Notes under the pieces: generated by a model
Told to the model about the DNA's origin: nothing
Databases searched by the model: none
The model's input: only the letters and a program-made list of their open reading frames with translations
From: a virus
Lineage: Duplodnaviria; Caudoviricetes
Length of the DNA: 43,295 bases
Strand: one strand, 5' to 3'
IMG/VR virus record: IMGVR_UViG_3300025101_000050
Coordinates: 1-43,295 of that record
Part shown: one piece after another, positions 34,104-43,295 of the stretch
Numbering within the stretch: the first letter of the stretch is position 1
How the letters are laid out: every line of letters starts with the position of its first letter
Program-made: the position numbers and the translations under genes

Positions 34104-36459
34104 TAGGTTTTCCCTGAGCTATGAGTTGTCCCATAGAGTCTTGAGGAAACAATGCTCCAAATTGTTGTGCTTGTTGTAAGTTTGCAAGACCACCTTGTGG
34201 AGGCATAGGTGCTTGAGCCGTGGGCATTGGTGCAGGAGGCATAGCAGGCATTCCCATGTCTTTTGCTCCTTGAGCCATGGCTTGTTGTGCCTTGTCACTT
34301 TGTAACAATATATTTACATCTGGTGCTGTTGGACTTGTAGCAACTTGCATTGGTTTTTGAACGGCTGATATTTTATCTTCATCAAATCTTTCAGTATCTT
34401 TAGGAAGAGCAGGTTCTTTTTCTGTTTGATTTCTTATAATTGATTGTGTTGATACTGAAAATAAAGGCATTTGTTTTCTTTTAATATACTGTTTAACAGA
34501 ATTTTCAGCAGCCGATATATCTGCCATTTCACCAGCACCAATTTTAATGTCTCTTAAAAAAGGAACGGCTCTTGTAAAACTAAAAAGACCACTTTGTTGT
34601 AGTGCAGAAATCATTGTATAAGCACTACCTGACGGATTCTGTCTCAATTCAGCATCTAAGGAAGGAACGACTTTATCTCTAAATGCTTTAATACGAGCTA
34701 TTTCTTCTTTAGAAAATAACTCATCAATTACAAATTTATTTTTTTCAAAGACTTGTTTGTAGTTGTCAATAATATTTTTTCTTGTGACTTGACCAGTTCT
34801 TGGGTTGGTAAAAGCTTTTTCAAGCACAGCATCTTTTAAAAGAGTCATTACTTCTTTTGCCTCTTCTTTTGGAAGACCTCTTTTGAGAATATTTATAACT
34901 TGTTTCATCTCACTTTTTGTGTTGAATTTTGCGTGTCCAAACAAGGCAGTGGCAACATCTTGTGGACTATAATCAGGGTTAGTAATTTTTTGTAAAATTT
35001 TATTTGCTGATTTACCTAAAGCATCTTTTGTTGTAGCCTTACCAGTAAGACCTAAATATTGTCTATATAGTCCTGTTGCATCTTTTAATTTATCTAAATA
35101 TACAAGGTCACCTGTTAAAAAAGCATTATCTACATTTTCATAAACAGCATTATCTAAATCATTTTTTATAATACCTAGTATTCTTTTTTCATCTGAACCT
35201 GCTTCTGCTTTTCGTATAAGAATGTTAAGATTTTTTTGAAATCTCCATACATCATTTAAATCTTGAACACCTTGTTTATCAGCATTCCATTTTCCTGTTT
35301 TAACCACTCTTTCTAACCTTGATAACTCTTTACTAAGTAAAGGCATTTCTTGTAAGATATCTGAATCAATCTGTTCTTTTCTGACATTATTTATAATGTT
35401 TACAGCTACATCTTTAGATCCTTCTTCATCTGCAACCACAAAAGGAGTACCTGTATCTACATCAACAGCTTCTTTTACTTCTGTGTACCCTTCTTTTGAT
35501 TGTTTTTTTAATTGTTTAGCTCGTGAAGACGCAATATCCTGAATAGTTTCAGCAGAAGCAGCTACTGGATCACCTGAATCTAAAATTTCTTTTTGACCTG
35601 TACCAAATTCTTCTTGTAAATTTCTTGACATTTTTTTTACTTGATTAAGTTGAATCTCATCAAAATTTACGAGTATGTCTTTTGCCTTTGAAGAAACAGA
35701 AGAACCTCTGATAATATCCTCTTTAGTTAATATTTCAGGATCTCTTGTTTCTTGACCTAATGTTAAAGGTACTTCATCCTCAACTAAATCAACCTTTTCA
35801 AATTTAGGAAATGTTAATTTTTCAGATATGCCTTTTGCTATTGGGTCTATAGCTTTTCTCAACCCTTTACCAACAATTCTAACTGCTGGTGGCAAAGCGA
35901 CATCAGTAGCCACACCCACACCCACACTTTTTGCAACATCCTCGGCTCTGCCTTTAAGCATACTTTCTTCGCTTTTCTTTTTTGCTGATTCAGGAGCCAC
36001 TGCTTTTTCAATTGCTTGAGAGGCTACTTCTGTTCCTGTATAACCAGCTACGCCTCTTGCTATTGTTCCAGCTATAGTTTTTGCTCCTCCTACATATTTA
36101 CTTGCAGGTAAAAATTTAATTACTTCACCAGCAAATGTACCAATATCTGTTCCTGAAATACCTGGTTTGTTTACATAGTAGGGTTCATCATTCCATACAA
36201 TTATAGGATTATCATATTTATCTGAAAATACGCCTCCAAATCTTTTGTCATCACCAAAATTTCTTTTTATAACTTCTGCTTTGGTGTTATCATCTCTGAC
36301 CATCATTAGTTTTACATTAGGTATTAAACCTTCAAAAAAACCAACATCGCCAATTTCTGAAGTTTCTTTAAACTCAGGAAACTCATAACCAATTTCTTTT
36401 TCTACCTCTTCCTTAATAGTCTCTTCGGTAACTTGAGGTTCATCAGAAAATTCAACCAT
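34096..36459 (-). CDS. Internal virion (ejection) protein, 787 aa
   Basis: Helical, Cys-free, Gly/Ala-rich segment; in cluster of large core genes. Confidence 0.6.
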   Translation of the reverse strand: MVEFSDEPQVTEETIKEEVEKEIGYEFPEFKETSEIGDVGFFEGLIPNVKLMMVRDDNTKAEVIKRNFGDDKRFGGVFSDKYDNPIIVWNDEPYYVNKPGISGTDIGTFAGEVIKFLPASKYVGGAKTIAGTIARGVAGYTGTEVASQAIEKAVAPESAKKKSEESMLKGRAEDVAKSVGVGVATDVALPPAVRIVGKGLRKAIDPIAKGISEKLTFPKFEKVDLVEDEVPLTLGQETRDPEILTKEDIIRGSSVSSKAKDILVNFDEIQLNQVKKMSRNLQEEFGTGQKEILDSGDPVAASAETIQDIASSRAKQLKKQSKEGYTEVKEAVDVDTGTPFVVADEEGSKDVAVNIINNVRKEQIDSDILQEMPLLSKELSRLERVVKTGKWNADKQGVQDLNDVWRFQKNLNILIRKAEAGSDEKRILGIIKNDLDNAVYENVDNAFLTGDLVYLDKLKDATGLYRQYLGLTGKATTKDALGKSANKILQKITNPDYSPQDVATALFGHAKFNTKSEMKQVINILKRGLPKEEAKEVMTLLKDAVLEKAFTNPRTGQVTRKNIIDNYKQVFEKNKFVIDELFSKEEIARIKAFRDKVVPSLDAELRQNPSGSAYTMISALQQSGLFSFTRAVPFLRDIKIGAGEMADISAAENSVKQYIKRKQMPLFSVSTQSIIRNQTEKEPALPKDTERFDEDKISAVQKPMQVATSPTAPDVNILLQSDKAQQAMAQGAKDMGMPAMPPAPMPTAQAPMPPQGGLANLQQAQQFGALFPQDSMGQLIAQGKPNV

Positions 36460-38210
36460 TAGTTTCCTCCTTTCCAGCCTTTAATTATAAAGGTTTTTTT
36501 ATTTGGAACTCCTTTATCCGTAAAAGGATAAACTATTTCTCCTGCCTCGTTTTTAAATTTATCTAACTGTGCAGGGTCTTGATAAACAATAGTTCCTGGT
36601 GCCAAACTATCGAGAAAGTCTGACTTGGCTTTGCTATCATTTGGGTCTCCTTTATAAGTTGCAAATATACCTGTATCTAATTTTTTTAATTCTGTTTTTA
36701 TTTTTTCGCCTGAAGCACCTTGTTCTAAAAGTTCTCTTTCTCTTTGTGCTCTGTTCATGCTTAATTCTTTTAAAGCTTTGAAGGTGTATAAAGTTAAATA
36801 GTTTGTTCTTTCGGTAGCACCTAAATCAACAATTGCTCTTTGATAAGCTCTAAATTCCATATCTGAAGTAGAACCTGAACCAGTTGCTCTCATAACAGGA
36901 GCTAAAGCAAAAGACGCAGACGCAATTAATTCTTGATAGCCAAGTTTTTCTGCTGCCTCTTCACTTAAAAAACCAACACTACGAAATAATTGTCTTAATC
37001 CTACAGTTGCTGAATCTAACTTACCTGTTTTAGCTTCACCACTTAAAAACAAAGGTAATAATGTCTCAACTCTTTGAACTGCTTCATCTTGACCCCTCAT
37101 CTCTTCTAATGTTTTTGCCAGTTTTTTTATTCTTTCTTCTCGTGAAACAACAACATTAGGCTTCACACCTTTAAAAGGAACAAGATTAGCATTAATTACT
37201 TGCTCGCCTTTTATGTCTTTATTTAAAGTAACAAAACTGTTGCCCTCAACTACCTCAGTACCAACTAAACTAGGAGAAGGTGCTACTAAAGAATCAACAA
37301 GCAGTTCATAATTAGGTAAATTAGGATTAATTCCATTAGCAGTAAGGTAAGCTTTTGCTTCTTCTTCAGACTCTACATATTTGGCAAAACTTCCTGTGCT
37401 TTGTATAGGCTCTTGAGGTTTGACACTTGTTGGAACAAGAGACTTTCTAACAACATCTGTTCCTTGAAAAAATTCTTTATACTGTAAAGGTTGTCCGTTG
37501 GGTGCTACAATAGGTTTTCCCACTAAATCAGGAGTGGGTGCAACTAAATTTTTGTAAAAATCACCAAATGTTCCAACTGGATTTTGTTTTAATGCTTCAT
37601 CTTCAGTTAGATAAGTTGCAATTCCTGTTTTTTCAGCTTTAATACTAGCACTTGTTGATTTAGGGTCTTTGTAAGGTACAATCGCTGATGGGTCAACTTG
37701 TGATATTGCATTTATTTCCGATGCTGAGAGTTGAGCTCTTTGGTCTGGTTGAAATGTTTTACCATCAAGTGTAAAAGGTTTTGTAAATTGTATGTCTGAT
37801 CTTTTTGTGACTTTTGTATCTAAGCCTTTTGCTTCAAGCTGTTTAATAGCCATAATCTGTTGAGGAACTCTTGCTAAACCTCTGCCTGCTGCTTGTAAAA
37901 AACTTTGAAAATTGCTTGCTCCCATTGGTGTTCGTGCGTTTAATAATTCAGCAGCCATCGGTAATAAAAACATAGACAACTTTTCTTGATTTGTTAAAAC
38001 TGGCTGTGTCTGCGTGCTAACAGTTGTTGTTACACTTGGTGGTGTTTCAATATCTTCTGTTACACCTTTTACTTCAGGTAAAGTTTCAACTACTGTTGCC
38101 TCTCCTTCTATAGGAGGTGCCTCTTCATTAGATGCTTCAGCAAACATTTGTCTGTTTAAAACAGAATCATTTGCATTTAAATTATTTATACCACCTTGAG
38201 CTTTAGCCAT
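36459..38210 (-). CDS. Internal virion (ejection) protein, 583 aa
   Basis: GSGSTSDMEF motif, Cys-free, cluster position. Confidence 0.55.
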   Translation of the reverse strand: MAKAQGGINNLNANDSVLNRQMFAEASNEEAPPIEGEATVVETLPEVKGVTEDIETPPSVTTTVSTQTQPVLTNQEKLSMFLLPMAAELLNARTPMGASNFQSFLQAAGRGLARVPQQIMAIKQLEAKGLDTKVTKRSDIQFTKPFTLDGKTFQPDQRAQLSASEINAISQVDPSAIVPYKDPKSTSASIKAEKTGIATYLTEDEALKQNPVGTFGDFYKNLVAPTPDLVGKPIVAPNGQPLQYKEFFQGTDVVRKSLVPTSVKPQEPIQSTGSFAKYVESEEEAKAYLTANGINPNLPNYELLVDSLVAPSPSLVGTEVVEGNSFVTLNKDIKGEQVINANLVPFKGVKPNVVVSREERIKKLAKTLEEMRGQDEAVQRVETLLPLFLSGEAKTGKLDSATVGLRQLFRSVGFLSEEAAEKLGYQELIASASFALAPVMRATGSGSTSDMEFRAYQRAIVDLGATERTNYLTLYTFKALKELSMNRAQRERELLEQGASGEKIKTELKKLDTGIFATYKGDPNDSKAKSDFLDSLAPGTIVYQDPAQLDKFKNEAGEIVYPFTDKGVPNKKTFIIKGWKGGN

Positions 38211-39295
38211 TAACCACCTCCTGCTTTACTACCACCCATATTACCTAACAGGTTATAAGCTGCATATGCACCAATACCTGCTCCGACAGCCTGAGCAAAC
38301 GGATTAGCACCTGGTGAAGTTGTTTGTGTAACCTGACTTGCTGCAGTTGGTAGCTGAGTCATAATACCTTTTTGAAATTCTATTCTTTGATATGGTTCGT
38401 AAGCTCTCGCTAGTTCAGTCGCTCTTTGTGCCTCTAATGATTTTTGTGCAATATCCCTTTGAATCTGACCTGCCTGTAACGCTTGTTGAACATCAGCCTG
38501 TTGCATTTGCTGTTCTCTTTGTGCTTGGTTAGCTAGTTGTGAACCAACATTTAAAGCTGTTTGTGTCTGAAATTGTTGCTGTTGTTGAGCTGCTTGTAAA
38601 GCTGTGCCAAATCCTGCAGCTTGTGCTTGACCAACTTGTGCTAAACGAGCTCGTTCTTGTTCGCCTCTTTCTACACCTTCTCTACCACCACCAAACGCAC
38701 CTGCACTAACAGCTTGTGCTGATAATTCGTTTCTTCTCATATCGGCTTGTCTATTTATTTCATCAATTACAAATCGTTGATAAGGGTTCATAAAGGCATC
38801 TATATTAGGTCCTGTGCTTGCTAACTGACTAGCTTGTAATGTTGAACCAATACCACTTGTTAGAGTATTTCTACCAACACCTGCTGTGCCAGCAATAGTA
38901 AATCCTTGTCTTTCTAAGGGAGCAGGTCCTGCAACTTGATATTCAGGAACGGCAATTGGCTGTGTGGCTAAATCAATAGCTTCATCATATAAAGCTAACT
39001 TTCGAGATTCTACTTCAGGAGCTTCTCTTGATATTTGTGTTTGTACGGCAGGAGCTGCAGGAGCTGGAGCTGGAGCTGGACCGCCACCTCCACCACCCCC
39101 CATATAACTAGGTAAACCTGTGGCAGGATTTTTTACACCTTTACCACCAATGCTTTTCAATAAAGCCTCTTCAAATTTATTAATATGAGCTAGTTCTGTA
39201 TCGTCTTCCTGACCCTTGTCAGAAATATCATTATACAAAAGTTTGTAAAGCCATATTTTAAGTTGTATTGGTAATAATTTAAGTAACCACTTCAT
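38210..39295 (-). CDS. DNA pilot / ejection protein, Gln/Ala-rich
   Basis: FMNPYQ..VID...AGAFGG.R motif, hydrophobic Gly/Ala C-terminus. Confidence 0.65.
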   Translation of the reverse strand: MKWLLKLLPIQLKIWLYKLLYNDISDKGQEDDTELAHINKFEEALLKSIGGKGVKNPATGLPSYMGGGGGGGPAPAPAPAAPAVQTQISREAPEVESRKLALYDEAIDLATQPIAVPEYQVAGPAPLERQGFTIAGTAGVGRNTLTSGIGSTLQASQLASTGPNIDAFMNPYQRFVIDEINRQADMRRNELSAQAVSAGAFGGGREGVERGEQERARLAQVGQAQAAGFGTALQAAQQQQQFQTQTALNVGSQLANQAQREQQMQQADVQQALQAGQIQRDIAQKSLEAQRATELARAYEPYQRIEFQKGIMTQLPTAASQVTQTTSPGANPFAQAVGAGIGAYAAYNLLGNMGGSKAGGG

Positions 39296-39695
39296 AAAAA
39301 TATCCTGTTGTTTTAAATAGTAATTTATTATTCTTAATTATTTTATCCCAACCTTTTCTTCCTATAATTTCTAAACCACTGCAAAGATTATCTTTTGCAT
39401 AATTTATAAAAAATTTTTCAATAGGTTTTACATTTTTAATTATTTTACTGCCTCCACAAAACAAAATACCTAAAACAACTTTTGCAGGATAATAGACTTT
39501 TTGAACCACATAAACTGCACAAATCTTATTTGCTTTTAAAACTAAAAACATCGTCATTGTGCCTTCTTTAAGTAATTTATATGTCGTGTCTAGAGTGTGC
39601 CTACCATTTGACTGTATGACTACTTTTTGTATCCAATTTTTTACTTCATTCCAAAACACATCAATACACTCTATACTAACTTGTTTTATTACCAT
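39279..39695 (-). CDS. GNAT-like hypothetical protein
   Basis: CGG...YAK...C..LEIIGRKGW pattern. Confidence 0.5.
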   Translation of the reverse strand: MVIKQVSIECIDVFWNEVKNWIQKVVIQSNGRHTLDTTYKLLKEGTMTMFLVLKANKICAVYVVQKVYYPAKVVLGILFCGGSKIIKNVKPIEKFFINYAKDNLCSGLEIIGRKGWDKIIKNNKLLFKTTGYFYEVVT

Positions 39696-40683
39696 TACTT
39701 ACAATATCATAAATTCTTTTTAATTGATCTTGTTGATTATAAAAATATTGAGCTCCTTTTCTTCGCATTTCTTTAAAATCTTTTGGACTAGCTCCTGACA
39801 TAATACCAGCACCTAAAATTGCGTCAGCACGAGATACAAATTCTCCATCAGCTAATTGAGCTAACATAGTGTCTTCATCCTTATCACCATTGCCTGAACC
39901 ATCTTCTACATAACCTTCGGCTCTGGTATAATTATTAAGGTCATTTTCATCATGATCCATTTTACTTGGTAGATAATTTATACCACCATTTTTAAATCTT
40001 ACTATTTCAGCTAAACCACCTTCTTTTGCTCTGTACATATCAGGTTGATTAAAATCATAAACTGATGCTTCTTGTACTTGTTGTTGAGCTGGTGGTGGTG
40101 AATAATACTGACCTGACACATAACCAGGTTGAGAATAATCAAATCTATCACCTAATCCTTCTGCTTGTTCATCGGCTCTAGATTGAGACATAGCATATTG
40201 TTCTTGACTAAAAGGTTGTCCTGCTTGCATACCTGATTCTGCCTGTGATGGTTGAGGAGCAAAGGCTGCTGATGCCAATGAGCCTGCTGTGATACCTCCA
40301 CCTATCATTGAAGCTTTAGACATTCCTGCAAATAAACTGCCTGATGCAGCACCCTGTGCTAAATTTTGCAAACCAAATCCACCCAATGCACCAATACCAC
40401 CTGCTAATAAAGCTCTACCTGTTGATGCTCCTGATGCTTTAGCCATTAAAAAACTTCCCACACCTGCAACTACAGGAACCCAAAAAGGATATTGTTTTAA
40501 ACCTGTTCGGTGATTTATCGTGCCGCTACCACCAATTGTTTTTAAAAAGAAAGCCTCGCCTTTTGATAAAAAACGAAGTTGAGTGTCTCCCCAATTACCT
40601 TTGCTTGCTATATCTTTATCAAGAATATTTAATAGCCATTTTTTCAAGACTTTAGGAAAAAGTCCTAAAATGAATTTTAACAT
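39676..40683 (-). CDS. Internal virion (ejection) protein, 335 aa
   Basis: Gly/Ala-rich membrane-active region; D...AQLADGEFV..A motif; N-terminus homologous to the 361-aa protein. Confidence 0.6.
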   Translation of the reverse strand: MLKFILGLFPKVLKKWLLNILDKDIASKGNWGDTQLRFLSKGEAFFLKTIGGSGTINHRTGLKQYPFWVPVVAGVGSFLMAKASGASTGRALLAGGIGALGGFGLQNLAQGAASGSLFAGMSKASMIGGGITAGSLASAAFAPQPSQAESGMQAGQPFSQEQYAMSQSRADEQAEGLGDRFDYSQPGYVSGQYYSPPPAQQQVQEASVYDFNQPDMYRAKEGGLAEIVRFKNGGINYLPSKMDHDENDLNNYTRAEGYVEDGSGNGDKDEDTMLAQLADGEFVSRADAILGAGIMSGASPKDFKEMRRKGAQYFYNQQDQLKRIYDIVSNGNKTS

Positions 40684-40710
40684 GTTATCTCCAATTTTCT
40701 AAACTACATT

Positions 40711-41526
40711 TTACTCTGATTTGCTAGTCTTTTCAACTCCCTCGTCAGCCATTTCATCATAAAGTCTACCTGTATACTGAAATTCACCGACATGAGTTAT
40801 ATAACTCATAATATAACAATAAAGTTTTCCACCAATTTCTGACCACAATCTGCAAAAAGCAAAGTCTTCACCAAGGTATCTTTTTGTTTTAGGATCATAG
40901 TAAGTATCAAAAAAATTATAAAAATGAGGTCTGTCCATATACTTACCATCGATTGTAGTTTTCTGAATTATCTCTCTATCAGGATAGGCTTCAATTAATT
41001 TACTAAACACATCTCTTTTGATAAGCATACATCCTGTTGGACAATGTGTAGCTTCTATAACACCTTTGGTTACTTTAATATCAGTGTTGTCATCTTTTAT
41101 TAATAAGGGATATTGAAGTATATGATGTTGAAATTGCTCAGAGTCAGTAATAACTCCACTGTCAATTTTTTTTAATAAAGTATCCCATTGAGCTGTTTTC
41201 ATAGGATAGGGTATTGAAATAATATCTTTATCCTGTTCTATCAATCTAAAAATTGCATGAGGATCAAAAGCAATGTCAGAGTCAACAAACAACATATGTG
41301 TAAAGTCAGTATTCAAAAAATAACTAACACAAAGATTTCTACCTTGAGTAATTAAAGAAGACTTCATCATTTGAAACATAACTCGCATATTGCGTTTCAT
41401 ACATTCTTTTTGTAACTCAAGCATCGTTTGAGCATAGTGCATAGACACATCACTATGTACAGGAGTAGCTACAAACAAACTTACAGGGCGTTCATTTTTT
41501 AGCCATATTGGTTTATTGTTTTGCAT
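40711..41526 (-). CDS. GT-A fold glycosyltransferase-like protein
   Basis: VATP, GRN, FVDSDI (DxD), TGCMLIKR, GEDFAFC. Confidence 0.8.
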   Translation of the reverse strand: MQNNKPIWLKNERPVSLFVATPVHSDVSMHYAQTMLELQKECMKRNMRVMFQMMKSSLITQGRNLCVSYFLNTDFTHMLFVDSDIAFDPHAIFRLIEQDKDIISIPYPMKTAQWDTLLKKIDSGVITDSEQFQHHILQYPLLIKDDNTDIKVTKGVIEATHCPTGCMLIKRDVFSKLIEAYPDREIIQKTTIDGKYMDRPHFYNFFDTYYDPKTKRYLGEDFAFCRLWSEIGGKLYCYIMSYITHVGEFQYTGRLYDEMADEGVEKTSKSE

Positions 41527-42442
41527 CGAGTATACCTTGAAGAAAATTTGTCCACTCTAAACCTTTTTTATCCCAAGAATAAAATCGTTTAACATATTTT
41601 TGTTGTTCATCTAAATGTTCTTGAATCATTGGTTCGTGAAGCGTGTCTCGGCATATCTTGATACCTTCTGCAAATTGATGTGCCAAGTTTACTAAATTAG
41701 TTTCATAATTTACATAAACAGGAAACTCGGCTCCTGTTTCATATAATGCTCCATAATTAGTAACCATACAATATAATCCTGCAGCCATCGACTCAAGTAA
41801 AGATATACAGGATGTTTCTTCCCATATACTTGGATAAGGAAACATATGATAGTAAGGCAATTTACTTAAAATAAATTCATTAGGTCTATAGCCTAGATAA
41901 TTTACATTCGGTAAAGTCTTTGCTTGATCATACAAATCTTGATATTGCTCATCGTTATCTTTTGCAAAATCTGCACCATAAATTTGACAACTACTATATA
42001 CATCTAATTCAATATTCTCGCCTTCAAGTAACTGCATAGTGGCTAATAAAACATTTAAACCACGCCAGGGTGTTGGGTGAAATACCATTCGCAACCTATC
42101 ACCTTTTTTATAAACAGGTCTTTCAGGAAAGTTTGTTACACCATTTTTTATGACATGACATCTATCAGTTGGTAAATCATAAAGGTCTCTATATTTTTCA
42201 TAATTCCAACTTGAGTTAAAAACATACCAATCATATTTAGTGTGGTTAGATTTATCTTTAAACCACGGAGCTATGTTTGGTTGATTGGGAGCATTTTTTT
42301 GCCAAAGAATATTTGTTTTGTTTTGATATAGTGGTATTTTTTCAGGAACGGATGTACAAATAGAAAAATTACTAAGTAAATCATTATCAACATAATTATT
42401 TAAAAAATTATGTTGAAGTTCAGTCCCACCTAATGGAGTCAA
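41513..42442 (-). CDS. GT-B fold (GT4-like) glycosyltransferase
   Basis: GGTE, VIKNG, PWRGL, YPSIWEETSCISLLESMAAG. Confidence 0.85.
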   Translation of the reverse strand: MTPLGGTELQHNFLNNYVDNDLLSNFSICTSVPEKIPLYQNKTNILWQKNAPNQPNIAPWFKDKSNHTKYDWYVFNSSWNYEKYRDLYDLPTDRCHVIKNGVTNFPERPVYKKGDRLRMVFHPTPWRGLNVLLATMQLLEGENIELDVYSSCQIYGADFAKDNDEQYQDLYDQAKTLPNVNYLGYRPNEFILSKLPYYHMFPYPSIWEETSCISLLESMAAGLYCMVTNYGALYETGAEFPVYVNYETNLVNLAHQFAEGIKICRDTLHEPMIQEHLDEQQKYVKRFYSWDKKGLEWTNFLQGILDAKQ

Positions 42443-42639
42443 TCCGTTTCTCCATCCAATGATAACTCAGGGACGATAATATTAACATCCCTTTGTATGT
42501 CACTTTCGTTTGTGTCAGTGGTTGCATCTTGGATGTCTTTTTGTGCTTCATCTTCATTTTTATAAACTTTACCAGTTTTTTTATTTTTGATGGTAACTTC
42601 TGATTTGCAGTGTATTATATCCATAGTTCTAAATACCAA
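42439..42639 (-). CDS. Hypothetical protein (about 61-66 aa)
   Basis: Coupled ORF; start uncertain. Confidence 0.55.
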   Translation of the reverse strand: MVFRTMDIIHCKSEVTIKNKKTGKVYKNEDEAQKDIQDATTDTNESDIQRDVNIIVPELSLDGETD

Positions 42640-42663
42640 TTTTTTTAAGTGATTGCAAACAAA

Positions 42664-43008
42664 TTATCCGTTTTCTTGTGAGCGATCAAGTAGTGCATAT
42701 GACACTATACCTTGTATTTCGTTAGCTGTGTCTGCCGTCATTTTTAAAATATCACCCTCTTCTAAAACAAGTGTTTGTGATATTATTTGTCGTGTTGTAT
42801 TTGAGGCAATAGCAGCATTATCAATTCTAAATGTAGCTGATGCACTTGTGTCTGTAATTTGTGTCACTAAACTTACTGCACCACTAGATGAACCATTATG
42901 AACTTGTATTTGTTTTACTAAACAACGACCATTAGATGGTGCCGTCAAAACACTTGTTGTGCCTGTGGTGGTTAGTGAAAAACCTTGATTTTTGTATTGT
43001 ATTGTCAT
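42664..43008 (-). CDS. Putative tail-associated structural protein
   Basis: Thr/Ser-rich beta protein, LVLEEGDILK motif. Confidence 0.55.
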   Translation of the reverse strand: MTIQYKNQGFSLTTTGTTSVLTAPSNGRCLVKQIQVHNGSSSGAVSLVTQITDTSASATFRIDNAAIASNTTRQIISQTLVLEEGDILKMTADTANEIQGIVSYALLDRSQENG

Positions 43009-43172
43009 TAGCTCATAAAAAAGTTAAAGGCATCTTGTTCATTTTTTAAATCATTTTGATAAGCAAAGTTTAATTGATTTACCAATGTTTCAATACCATA
43101 AGTTATTTGTCTTTGGTTTTGTACCACATAATCATCATTAAGTTCAGGTATAAGTATATTTATTTTAGCCAT
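43008..43172 (-). CDS. 54-aa hypothetical protein (not in ORF track)
   Basis: MAKINILIPELNDDY...EQDAFNFFMS; TAATG coupling on both sides. Confidence 0.7.
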   Translation of the reverse strand: MAKINILIPELNDDYVVQNQRQITYGIETLVNQLNFAYQNDLKNEQDAFNFFMS

Positions 43173-43294
43173 TATTTTGTTTTCTTTTTATATCTAAGTC
43201 TTTGATCTTTTTCAATGCCTTCTAAAATCTTTGCCTGTTGTGCATGTAGTTTAGTTGCCTTTTTAAGACCTTTAATAACTTTTTTTAGTCTTGC
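43172..43294 (-). CDS. 3' end of a small basic protein (truncated by window)
   Basis: ...ARLKKVIKGLKKATKLHAQQAKILEGIEKDQRLRYKKKTK, TAATG-coupled. Confidence 0.6.
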   Translation of the reverse strand, partial: ARLKKVIKGLKKATKLHAQQAKILEGIEKDQRLRYKKKTK

Positions 43295-43295
43295 T

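Noticed and set aside
2643-42901. Short ORF-track entries overlapping long genes (e.g. 2643-2867, 5958-6239, 16792-17007, 30328-30657, 40289-40513, 42653-42901)
   Set aside because: Antisense or alternate-frame shadows of well-supported genes, with no SD or motifs

Overview
AT-rich fragment (most of the genome) of a tailed dsDNA phage, probably a marine podovirus of a low-GC alphaproteobacterium. Gene content resembles HTVC023P-type pelagiphage/uvMED-like phages (inference, not searched). The minus strand carries the head/packaging module (terS, terL, portal, GroES, scaffold, Mu-gpT-like capsid), the replication module (SSB-like, AEP primase, SF1 helicase, PolA) and large internal/ejection proteins. 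A short plus-strand block carries ArdC and an SF2 helicase. No integrase, tRNA, rRNA or CRISPR array was seen. Main signals missing from the ORF track: (1) a 31-nt H-type RNA pseudoknot with covarying stems in four copies, each exactly 19 nt before the AUG of an accessory gene, in two islands that also share a promoter/operator/hairpin leader; (2) a stand-alone 24-aa PqqA (PQQ precursor peptide) gene with its own promoter, structured leader and terminator; (3) a zf-CHCC (NDUFS6-like) mini-gene; (4) a Mu-gpT-DE-like RNA; (5) an antisense 22-aa membrane peptide unit; (6) a polyvalent ejection protein with ParB-like, ASCH and glycosylase-like domains. All calls are by eye from motifs; no database search or folding program was run.
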